Shown piece after piece: positions 25,077 to 32,000 of a stretch of DNA of 32,000 nucleotides. Source of the DNA: Pirellula staleyi DSM 6068 (GTDB lineage: Bacteria > Planctomycetota > Planctomycetia > Pirellulales > Pirellulaceae); assembly GCA_000025185.1 (NCBI GenBank), contig CP001848.1, positions 2,160,001 through 2,192,000 on the forward strand, written 5' to 3'. Made by a program: the position numbers and the translations under genes. Each line of letters begins with the position of its first letter. The first letter of the stretch is position 1. The notes below the pieces were generated by a model that did not search any database, was not told where the DNA came from, and saw only the letters and a program-made list of their open reading frames with translations.

Positions 25077-25796
25077 ATGTCGACGAGTAATCTCGAAAAT
25101 ACGAATCTCGACTCCTCGGAACTCGAGCACTATCAGAGCGTATCGCGCCTGGCGGTGATCGCCGCGCTGGTGGCGTGCGCTGCGCCGCTGGTGCTGACGA
25201 GCCCCATTTTGGCCGTCGTGCCGATGCTGGCCTGCGCGATTGCGATTGTCGCCATTCGTCAAATCAACAAGAGCGATGGGGCTCTCACCGGAAGTTCGCT
25301 CGCGGTCGGGGCGCTCCTCATCAGTCTGCTGTTCCTCGGCTGGGGACTCACGTGGCAAATTGCCCGGCAAGCCGATGTTTGCCTGAAAGCCGAAACGGTG
25401 GCCGACACGTTTGTGCAATTGGTGCTGGAGGGACGTCAGCGCGAAGCTCATCAGTTCACTTACGACACGGCCGATCGGGTTGGTTCGCTCAGCGGCATGA
25501 ACGAGCGTTACGACAAAGATAAAGAAGCTTCCGACAGCCTCAAGAACTTCTACAGCAACGCGCCGCTGCCGATCCTGCTCACCGAAGGAAAAGAGACGAC
25601 GGTGCAGTTTGTCACCGTGGCGCGGCAGGTGAAGGCAGGGAACGAGGACGTGATTATTTTGGAGTACGAGGTTCGTACGAAGTCGGGCAACGTGCTGGGG
25701 ATGTGGATTAGCGTGACGCGCCGCTATGATCCAGCTAACGGAGTGGTGAACTGGCGGATCTCGAGTGTCAGCGATCGCCTGCCGCAGGTGTACTAG
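25077..25796 (+). CDS. Hypothetical membrane protein with a DUF4190-like N-terminal two-helix module and a soluble C-terminal domain
   Basis: Start taken at ATG 25077. LAVIAALVACAAPLVLTSPILAVVPMLACAIAIVAIRQINKSDGALTGSSLAVGALLISLLFLGWG matches the DUF4190 pattern (helix - RQI-x-x-S-x-G-x-L-x-G - helix). The C-terminal ~140 aa contain no motif I recognise. Confidence 0.5.
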   Translation: MSTSNLENTNLDSSELEHYQSVSRLAVIAALVACAAPLVLTSPILAVVPMLACAIAIVAIRQINKSDGALTGSSLAVGALLISLLFLGWGLTWQIARQADVCLKAETVADTFVQLVLEGRQREAHQFTYDTADRVGSLSGMNERYDKDKEASDSLKNFYSNAPLPILLTEGKETTVQFVTVARQVKAGNEDVIILEYEVRTKSGNVLGMWISVTRRYDPANGVVNWRISSVSDRLPQVY

Positions 25797-25822
25797 CCGC
25801 TTCGGCGGCCCATGAAGGGCCG
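25796..25822 (+). terminator. Two overlapping GC hairpins directly after the stop codon (possible terminator or processing site)
   Basis: GCCGC-ttcg-GCGGC (25796-25809, UUCG-type tetraloop) and CGGCCC-atgaa-GGGCCG (25806-25822) share bases 25806-25809. No U-tract follows. Confidence 0.3.
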
Positions 25823-25891
25823 AGCGACGAGACCGATCGAACCTGGATTGATCAAGTGGCCGCGGGGCCTTACTTACGGACATCCCTTAGC

Positions 25892-26647
25892 ATGTCGAGC
25901 GAAAAGACCACTGCCATCGTGCTTCGCGTGGTCGACTTCAGCGAGACAAGTGTCGTCACCACCCTCTTTACCGAGCATTTCGGCAAAGTGAGTGCCCTGG
26001 CCAAAGGGGCTCGGCGACCCAAAGGTCCGTTCGAGAACGCGATCGATCTGCTGGCCGTGGCACGAATCGTTTTCATTCGCAAGTCCTCCGATGCACTCGA
26101 TCTGCTGACCGAGGCCAAACTCGAACGTCGCTTCCGATCAGCCGAGCGAAGCCTCGAGCGGCTGTATGCCGGCTTCTATCTCGCGGAACTTCTCACCGAG
26201 ATGACCGACACAGGCGATCCGCATCCCGAACTGTTTCATGCTAGCAATCGAGTGCTGGCCGAACTCGATGCCGGAAGTCCCGTTGCTCCGCTTGTCGCCG
26301 GGATCGAACTCTTCGCGCTACGGGATCTGGGGCATTTGCCGCTGCTTACCGAGTGCGCAATTTGTGGTAATGAACTGGTGAAAGCAGCTCGTTATCCCTT
26401 TGCGCTGGTCGCGGGAGGGGTGTTATGTCCACGCTGTCGCCCCGGTCAGCGGCACGTGGTGAGCGTTCGCGCCGAGGTGATCGAGGCGATGCACGGGCTT
26501 TCGCAAGCGGCACCCGAAACGTGGAGCAGCATCGCGCTTGAGCCCAAACTGGCGGGGGAAATGCGGGCTGTCACGCAGCACTATCTGGCCCATCATCTGG
26601 GGCATCGCTGCAAAATGCATCGCTGGCTGAGTGGTCGGCCCGCATGA
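25892..26647 (+). CDS. recO: DNA repair protein RecO
   Basis: Start taken at ATG 25892. OB-fold N-terminus TTAIVLRVVDFSETSVVTTLFTEHFGKVSALAKGARR and zinc motif CAICG...CPRC. Confidence 0.85.
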   Translation: MSSEKTTAIVLRVVDFSETSVVTTLFTEHFGKVSALAKGARRPKGPFENAIDLLAVARIVFIRKSSDALDLLTEAKLERRFRSAERSLERLYAGFYLAELLTEMTDTGDPHPELFHASNRVLAELDAGSPVAPLVAGIELFALRDLGHLPLLTECAICGNELVKAARYPFALVAGGVLCPRCRPGQRHVVSVRAEVIEAMHGLSQAAPETWSSIALEPKLAGEMRAVTQHYLAHHLGHRCKMHRWLSGRPA

Positions 26648-26649
26648 AG

Positions 26650-26685
26650 TGCTAGCTCGCCAGTCAGCTAGCAACCGAGCTTTTT
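26650..26685 (+). terminator. Putative rho-independent terminator after recO
   Basis: AGCTCG (26654-26659) pairs with CGAGCT (26676-26681), followed by T's to 26685. An alternative stem is TGCTAGC (26650-26656) with GCTAGCA (26667-26673). Confidence 0.4.
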
Positions 26686-26791
26686 GCCAATCTCATCACA
26701 ATGCCTCCGAATCGACGTTGCTTCGTCGCGGGGCGATCTGTAGAAGACCCCTCCGCGAGTTTCCCTGCGCTCATAACTTCCGAGGACACGG

Positions 26792-28123
26792 ATGTCCCGA
26801 CCCGCGAAATGCCGAACATCGTCGCTCGCCATCTACCTGCTGGCGATCGCCTGCTCCTTTGCTGCGAGTGGCTGCACGCTGATGCGCCCCCGAAGTAGCG
26901 AGCAGTCGGGCGCTGCGCCTGTAGCTGGCAGTGAGCCATCGCAACCACCGAGCGATGTCCAGCAAGCTTCTTACGACGATGGCGACAAACAAGAAGAGTC
27001 GTTCCTCGAGTGGGAAGATCTGTCGCTCAAGAACTTAGGTAAGACCACCAAACGACTAGCCGGCCAAGGCCCCGATCGTAAATTGGCTCAGCAACTCTAC
27101 CGCGAAGCAGAAGAGCTTTACAAAGAGGCAGCCGCCGCTGAAGGCTCGCGCCGTAAAGAAATGTTCTTTGCCGCTGCTGCGAAATTCGAAGAAGCGGCCG
27201 ATCGCTGGCCCAGTTCGGCGCTCGAACAAGACGCGCTCTTCATGACCGGCGAGAGCTACTTCTTCTGCGACGAATATCCCGAAGCTAACACGTTCTACGA
27301 GCGGCTGATCAAGCAGTATCCGAACAACCGCCATCTCGACTCGGTTGAAACCCGCCGCTTTGCAATCGCCAAGTACTGGATCGAACACAACCGCGAGAAT
27401 CCCGAGCAATTCTGGTCGTTCAACTGGTTCGACGAGACCCGCCCATGGCGCGATTCGCGTGGTCAGGCGCTTCGAGTGCTCGACAAAATTCGTATCGACG
27501 ATCCCACCGGTCGCCTGGCCGACGATGCCACTCTCGCCGCTGCGAACGAACATTTTGCCTCGGGTAAATGGACGAAAGCCGACGATTGGTATACCGATCT
27601 GCGTCAGGCGTATCCGACGAGCGAGCATCAATTCCTGGCTCACTACTTGGGGCTGAAGGCGAAACTCAACAGCTACATGGGACCCGATTACTCGGCCAAT
27701 TCGCTCGACGAAGCAGAGAAACTGATCAAGCAGATTCGCCGCCAATTTCCCAACGAAGCGGCCAAAGAATCGGACTTCCTCGACCGTGCGGCAGCGGAGA
27801 TCCGCTACAAGAAGGCGGAGAAAGTTTGGAACGTGGCGAGCTACTACGACAAGCGTGGTGAATATCGCGCCGCAGCCCATCACTATCGACGAATCGCTGC
27901 TGACTTTAGCGACACACCGTTCAGCAGCCGCAGCGATCAGCGTTTGGCTGAAATTGGCCAGCGTCCCGCCGTCCCGGCTCCCAAAGCGCAGTGGCTGGTC
28001 GATCTGCTGCCGAAAACCGATCGTTTGAAACCGTTCCTCGAGGCGAATGCTCGCGCGAAGGCGGAAGAAGAGGCTCAAATGGCTCAGCAGCCTCCCGAGC
28101 TTGGCGAAACCTTGCAGCGCTAA
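26792..28123 (+). CDS. Outer-membrane lipoprotein, BamD/YfiO-like TPR protein (long form)
   Basis: Lipobox FAASGC follows a hydrophobic leader, and a GAGGA box lies 5 nt upstream of the ATG. TPR-like blocks include ALFMTGESYFFCDEYPEANTFYERLIKQYPNNRH. The segment EKVWNVASYYDKRGEYRAAAHHYRRIAADFSDTPFS resembles E. coli BamD [31 protein letters not shown] (from memory). Confidence 0.6.
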   Translation: MSRPAKCRTSSLAIYLLAIACSFAASGCTLMRPRSSEQSGAAPVAGSEPSQPPSDVQQASYDDGDKQEESFLEWEDLSLKNLGKTTKRLAGQGPDRKLAQQLYREAEELYKEAAAAEGSRRKEMFFAAAAKFEEAADRWPSSALEQDALFMTGESYFFCDEYPEANTFYERLIKQYPNNRHLDSVETRRFAIAKYWIEHNRENPEQFWSFNWFDETRPWRDSRGQALRVLDKIRIDDPTGRLADDATLAAANEHFASGKWTKADDWYTDLRQAYPTSEHQFLAHYLGLKAKLNSYMGPDYSANSLDEAEKLIKQIRRQFPNEAAKESDFLDRAAAEIRYKKAEKVWNVASYYDKRGEYRAAAHHYRRIAADFSDTPFSSRSDQRLAEIGQRPAVPAPKAQWLVDLLPKTDRLKPFLEANARAKAEEEAQMAQQPPELGETLQR

Positions 28124-28183
28124 GGGATTCACACACGGGATTCATACATAAAGCGATCGCTTGACGGGTCGCTGGAACGATTG

Positions 28184-28753
28184 ATGTTGTCTCACCTTCC
28201 CAGTTCGACCACGAAGAGCACGCGCCGCGAGACGCTGGCGCAGCTGCTGTCGATGCTCTGTGGTGCGGCTGCTACAGCCGGTTGTGCTGGCTATCAGGTG
28301 GGCAGTCGTTCGCTCTATCGCCCCGATGTTCGTTCGGTTCATGTGCCGATCGCGCAGTCCGACAGTTTTCGCCGCTATCTTGGCGAACGGCTCACCGAAG
28401 CGGTGGTGAAGCAGATCGAGGTTCGCACCCCTTACAAAGTGGCGAGCAACGATGCGGCCGACAGCGTGCTGACGATGCGCATTGTGTCGGAATCTAAGCG
28501 TGTGCTTGCCGAAACGCGTAACGATGACGTGCGCGATATCGAGACCGACTTTTTCATTCAGATCAGCTGGGTCGATCGCCGTGGCGATTTGATCATGAAC
28601 TATAGCGATCTGCCGCTGCAGCCTCTCTTGGTGAACATCAGCCAAGATGCCAACTTTGTTCCCGAAGGTGGCCAGTCTCTCGCCACCGCGCAGCAAGAGG
28701 CCATTCATCGCCTCGCCACCCAAGTCGTCGACCAGATGGAAATCCGCTGGTAG
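28184..28753 (+). CDS. LptE-like LPS-assembly lipoprotein (tentative)
   Basis: Start taken at ATG 28184 (the track start 28181 is a TTG). The leader has TRRETLAQLL and lipobox ATAGC, followed by GYQVG. The size (~189 aa) and the alternating pattern VHVPIAQSDSF...LTEAVVKQI...DSVLTMRIVS...FFIQISWVDRRGDLI fit the LptE/RlpB family layout. Confidence 0.5.
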   Translation: MLSHLPSSTTKSTRRETLAQLLSMLCGAAATAGCAGYQVGSRSLYRPDVRSVHVPIAQSDSFRRYLGERLTEAVVKQIEVRTPYKVASNDAADSVLTMRIVSESKRVLAETRNDDVRDIETDFFIQISWVDRRGDLIMNYSDLPLQPLLVNISQDANFVPEGGQSLATAQQEAIHRLATQVVDQMEIRW

Positions 28754-28867
28754 AGTGACGCATCGGGTCGGCAGCATCTTGATTGGCGTCTCGTACAACG
28801 TGCACGGCGTCGCAAGAGACAGAGGCATCGCGCTAGAACGGTATGTTTCTGAAATGCCGGGAAAATC

Positions 28868-29053
28868 GTGGTAAGGTTTGTGCTGATTGTCATTTTACTG
28901 GGCACCGCGCTGGTGACCCCGTTTGTTGTCCACCGGATGCGACATGCTCCGCATCGACTCGAGCAGGGTACGCAGCACATTGTGTGGGCCGGGATCGGTT
29001 TACAGGCGTTTTGCTTCGTGCTTATTTTCTTGGTCTGGTGGATGTTTCGATAA
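28868..29053 (+). CDS. Small hypothetical two-TM membrane protein
   Basis: 61 aa with a GTG start. Two hydrophobic helices (FVLIVILLGTALVTPFVV and IVWAGIGLQAFCFVLIFLVWWMF). The stop TAA at 29051-29053 lies 4 nt before the folP ATG. No homology recognised. Confidence 0.3.
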   Translation: MVRFVLIVILLGTALVTPFVVHRMRHAPHRLEQGTQHIVWAGIGLQAFCFVLIFLVWWMFR

Positions 29054-29057
29054 AGCG

Positions 29058-29981
29058 ATGACTATGCAAGAGTCCGACCGATCGATGCTTCGGCCCTTTC
29101 CACAAGTCAGCTCTTGGCAGCTGATCGATCAGGCAATCGAGTTTGGTCTCTTGCCGAAGATCATGGGGATTGTGAACGTCACGCCGGATAGCTTTTCCGA
29201 TGGAGGGGCGTTCTATGGCAAAGAAGCAGCAGTGCGGCATGCGCTGCAGTTGCTCGACGAAGGGGCTGACATTCTTGACGTCGGCGGGGAGAGCACGCGG
29301 CCTTACAGCACGCCGGTGGAAGCTGCTGAGGAACTGGCGCGGGTGATCGATGTGGTCCGCGAGATCAAAAAGTTGCGCCCCGCAGCGGTTGTTTCGATCG
29401 ATACTTCCAAAGCGATCGTCGCGCGCGAGGCTGTCGCGGCCGGCGCGCAGATCATCAACGATGTGACTGCCGCGACGGGCGATGCCGAGATGCCGCGTGT
29501 GATGGCCGACAGCGGAGCAGGGGTGGTGCTGATGCACATGCAAGGGACCCCGCAGACGATGCAAGACGATCCGCACTACGACAACGTGGTGATCGAAGTG
29601 CGCGAGTATTTGCAGCTGAGGCGCGATACGCTGCGAGGGGCTGGTGTGCCGCTCGAGAAGATTTGTCTCGACCCTGGGATTGGCTTTGGGAAGTCGCACC
29701 AGCACAATCTCGACTTAATGGCAGCCGTGCATCAACTGCACACGCTCGACTGCCCGATCTTGGTGGGGCATTCGCGTAAAGGGTTTCTCGGTCGGCTGAT
29801 TGGCGACCGCGCAGCCGACCGGACTTGGGCTACTGTTGGGAGCGCCTTGGCAGTGGCGGCTCAAGGGGCGCAGATCATTCGTGTGCACGACGTCCGTGCG
29901 CTCCGCGAAGCGCTCGTCGCATTCGCCGCTTGTGGTGGCATCGATGGTCGGCCGGGAGTCATTCCCCCCGCAGCCCCGTAG
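29058..29981 (+). CDS. folP: Dihydropteroate synthase
   Basis: Start taken at ATG 29058. IMGIVNVTPDSFSDGG, DVGGESTRP, SIDT, INDV, LDPGIGFGK, GHSRKGF. Confidence 0.9.
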   Translation: MTMQESDRSMLRPFPQVSSWQLIDQAIEFGLLPKIMGIVNVTPDSFSDGGAFYGKEAAVRHALQLLDEGADILDVGGESTRPYSTPVEAAEELARVIDVVREIKKLRPAAVVSIDTSKAIVAREAVAAGAQIINDVTAATGDAEMPRVMADSGAGVVLMHMQGTPQTMQDDPHYDNVVIEVREYLQLRRDTLRGAGVPLEKICLDPGIGFGKSHQHNLDLMAAVHQLHTLDCPILVGHSRKGFLGRLIGDRAADRTWATVGSALAVAAQGAQIIRVHDVRALREALVAFAACGGIDGRPGVIPPAAP

Positions 29982-30449
29982 TCATTTGCCAGCCGCGGTG
30001 TTGCTCTTTCCGGTTCGTAGGGAAGTTGCCGCCAGCAGCGGGGTACTCGCGGGGAGAATTTCGCCAGATTCTTCCCCACCAATGCTTGTGAGCACTCCGT
30101 GGGCGCGCTATACAATCGGGCGATCCGGGTGCTAGCACGGCGGGCTCCTGGCAGGGTACAGCGATTGGCATGGAACGATTTCTGCGACCTCGTCAGTTCT
30201 CCGCTTCGACTTGCCCTAAGTGATTAAGGGGGGACCGTTTCCCGCTGTGGTCGGTTCTTCCTAGTTTCCGTGAGTTCCCCCGTCGGTGCCCTAAGACTGT
30301 CCATTTGCTGCGCATCTAGGCAGAGGTGCACAAGAATGGGGCAACGGCCGCACTTTCGGACCTGCGGATTCCCGCAAGCCGTAGGTGCAAGTGGATTATG
30401 GCTAAAGACTTCTGCTAGCGGACTATCGGCCGCTTGTTCGAACATTCTT

Positions 30450-30465
30450 TGGCACGCAAGCTGCA
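30450..30465 (+). promoter_or_regulatory. Sigma-54 (-24/-12) promoter candidate for glnN
   Basis: TGGCACGCAAGCTGCA matches TGGCAC-N5-TTGCW at all of TGGCAC and at TGC with correct GG/GC spacing. It is correctly oriented and ends 80 bp upstream of the glnN GTG. Confidence 0.55.
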
Positions 30466-30545
30466 AATCAGACGCCGGTCTACGGGCTGAGTCCGTAGTT
30501 AAAGGTTTCACCAATTGGTTTCTTAAGGGTAGGAGTAGACGTCAC

Positions 30546-32000
30546 GTGAGTGGAAGCACCGCCAGGTTGCAGGCAATCGCAGCCATAACGAACTACAAGT
30601 CGACCGAGCCACCTCTGAATTTCAAAGAGGTCACGCCTCAGCAGGTGTTTGGTGCCAACGTCTTCACGCTGGCTCAGATGCAAGATCGACTTCCCAAGCC
30701 GGTCTTCAAGTCGCTCAAGAAGGTGATCGAATCGGGCGCTAAGCTCGACCCCTCGGTAGCTGACGTCGTGGCCTCGGCCATGAAGGATTGGGCCATCGAG
30801 AAGGGAGCCACTCACTACGCTCACATCTTCCAGCCTCTCACCGGTTTGACCGCTGAAAAGCACGACAGCTTCCTGTCGCCCGACGGTCAAGGTGGTGCGA
30901 TTCTCGAATTCACGGGCTCGATGCTCGTGCAAGGCGAACCCGACGCGTCGAGCTTCCCTTCGGGGGGCATTCGGGCCACGTTTGAAGCGCGTGGTTACAC
31001 CGCTTGGGACGTCACCAGCCCGGCTTACATCCTCGAGAATGCCAACGGCACCACGCTCTGCATTCCCACGGCGTTTGTCAGCTGGACCGGCGAAGCGCTC
31101 GACAAGAAGACTCCGCTCCTCCGCTCGATGAAGGCCCTGAACGCTCAGGCCCAGCGCGTGCTGAAGGTGTTTGGTCACACCAACTGCACCCTCGTCTCGT
31201 CGTCGGCCGGTGCCGAACAGGAATACTTCCTGATCGACCGCAACTTCTTCTACGCTCGCCCCGACCTTCTGAATGCTTCGCGCACCCTGTTCGGTGCCAA
31301 GCCTCCGAAGGGTCAAGAGTTCGAAGATCAGTACTTCGGCGTGATCCCCGACCGCGTTCTCGCTTGCATGCTCGAGAGCGAACGCGAACTGTACAAGCAA
31401 GGCATTCCTGTGAAGACTCGCCACAATGAAGTGGCTCCTTCGCAGTACGAAATTGCCCCGGTGTACGAGAGCGCCAACATCGCTACCGACCATCAGCAAA
31501 TCGTGATGCTCACCCTCAAGCGCGTGGCTCAGAAGTATGGCATGGAATGCCTGCTGCACGAAAAGCCATTCGCCGGCGTGAACGGTTCGGGCAAGCACCT
31601 CAACTGGTCGCTCGGCAACAGCACGCAGGGCAACCTGCTTGAGCCAGGCGAAACTCCTCACGAGAACATGCAGTTCCTCGTGTTCTGCGCCGCTGTGATT
31701 CGTGGCGTGCACAAGTATTCGTCGCTCCTCCGCGCTGTGGTGGCTTCGGCCAACAACGATCACCGCCTCGGTGCCAACGAAGCTCCTCCTGCCATCATCT
31801 CGATCTTCCTCGGCGATCAACTCACCGATGTGTTCGAGCAGATCAAGGCTGGTGGTGCTAAGTCGTCGAAGCAGCCTGGTCACTTGACCGTCGGTGTCGA
31901 CACATTGCCTCCACTGCCAAAGCATGCTGGCGATCGCAACCGCACGAGCCCCTTTGCCTTCACCGGCAACAAGTTCGAATTCCGCGCTGTCGGCAGCAGC
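30546..32000 (+). CDS. glnN: Type III glutamine synthetase (GlnN), N-terminal ~485 codons; continues past the window end
   Basis: Not in the supplied track because there is no stop in the window. My translation of frame 3 from GTG 30546 (AGGAG at 30531-30535) gives [18 protein letters not shown]...[26 protein letters not shown]...[24 protein letters not shown]...[16 protein letters not shown]...[18 protein letters not shown]...[16 protein letters not shown]...[23 protein letters not shown]. These are hallmark type III GS blocks. Confidence 0.9.
   Translation, partial: MSGSTARLQAIAAITNYKSTEPPLNFKEVTPQQVFGANVFTLAQMQDRLPKPVFKSLKKVIESGAKLDPSVADVVASAMKDWAIEKGATHYAHIFQPLTGLTAEKHDSFLSPDGQGGAILEFTGSMLVQGEPDASSFPSGGIRATFEARGYTAWDVTSPAYILENANGTTLCIPTAFVSWTGEALDKKTPLLRSMKALNAQAQRVLKVFGHTNCTLVSSSAGAEQEYFLIDRNFFYARPDLLNASRTLFGAKPPKGQEFEDQYFGVIPDRVLACMLESERELYKQGIPVKTRHNEVAPSQYEIAPVYESANIATDHQQIVMLTLKRVAQKYGMECLLHEKPFAGVNGSGKHLNWSLGNSTQGNLLEPGETPHENMQFLVFCAAVIRGVHKYSSLLRAVVASANNDHRLGANEAPPAIISIFLGDQLTDVFEQIKAGGAKSSKQPGHLTVGVDTLPPLPKHAGDRNRTSPFAFTGNKFEFRAVGSS

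Noticed and set aside
28153-28160. HIP1-like palindrome GCGATCGC at 25771, 26843, 28153 and 31930. The copy at 28153 sits within the 12-nt palindrome AAGCGATCGCTT.
   Set aside because: I noted only four copies in 32 kb, three of them inside coding sequence. This is a modest excess at most over what base composition would give. It is not an iterated-palindrome signal.
30211-30220. Shared motif TTGCCCTAAG / TGCCCTAAG at 30211-30220 and 30287-30295 (plus strand), and as its reverse complement at 14694-14703 in the shc-tetR intergenic region.
   Set aside because: This is tempting as a common regulatory box. However, with about 3 kb of intergenic sequence on two strands, on the order of ten chance 10-mer pair matches are expected, and a triple 9-mer is not improbable. 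The contexts (hopanoid versus nitrogen metabolism) are also unrelated.
30301-30400. Search for full NtrC-type palindromes (TGCACC-N5-GGTGCA) upstream of the sigma-54 promoter.
   Set aside because: Only GGTGCA half-sites are present. The best partner for the first half-site (TGCGCA) lies at 10-nt rather than 5-nt spacing. I therefore report the repeated boxes but do not call NtrC sites.
30224-30514. A 96-aa minus-strand ORF in the folP-glnN intergenic region.
   Set aside because: The translation is not protein-like, no RBS is evident, and it overlaps the sigma-54 promoter candidate. It is most likely a chance ORF in GC-rich non-coding DNA.
1-32000. Checked for tRNA/tmRNA/SRP RNA signatures (GGTTCGAATCC-type T-arms, a GGGGCUGA 5' end, GGAAGCAGCC), CRISPR-like spaced repeats, and transposase, integrase or phage genes.
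   Set aside because: I found none by eye. The intergenic regions are short except for five gaps (4551-4785, 15511-15945, 18099-18529, 19949-20319 and 29982-30545), and none of these shows such signatures. A covariance-model scan would be needed for certainty.

Overview
GC-rich, gene-dense chromosomal window with no rRNA, tRNA, CRISPR array, transposase or integrase that I could find. The gene content suggests a Planctomycetota (Pirellulales-like) genome: a DUF1501 protein with a twin-arginine leader, a 'DWPQWMG' PQQ-like beta-propeller, a type III glutamine synthetase, shc-hpnH-hpnG hopanoid genes and giant FtsX permeases. The taxonomy is inference only. I call 25 CDSs. They comprise two paralogous YbbA/YbbP-like (MacB-type) ABC pairs flanking an NHS-family nucleoside-type MFS transporter and a hotdog thioesterase; a hopanoid side-chain operon (shc-hpnH-hpnG) divergent from a TetR gene; SDR, PQQ-propeller, DUF1501 and hisF; a PilT ATPase coupled to a membrane-anchored GspE/PilB-like protein, followed by two small membrane proteins and recO; tandem BamD-like and LptE-like lipoproteins; a small 2-TM ORF plus folP; and a 5'-partial-window glnN that is absent from the supplied ORF track because it has no stop in the window. 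The best candidate for an undescribed system is the PilT plus membrane-tethered, Walker-A-dead GspE-like pair at 21192-24202, which has no pilin, platform or secretin genes nearby. Other points of interest are a near-consensus sigma-54 promoter upstream of glnN, a thioesterase/YbbAP-like arrangement that echoes E. coli tesA-ybbAP with a non-homologous thioesterase fold, and a palindromic element with mutually exclusive hairpins at 18126-18245. All functional calls rest on motifs recognised by eye and family knowledge from memory. No searches or computations were run.
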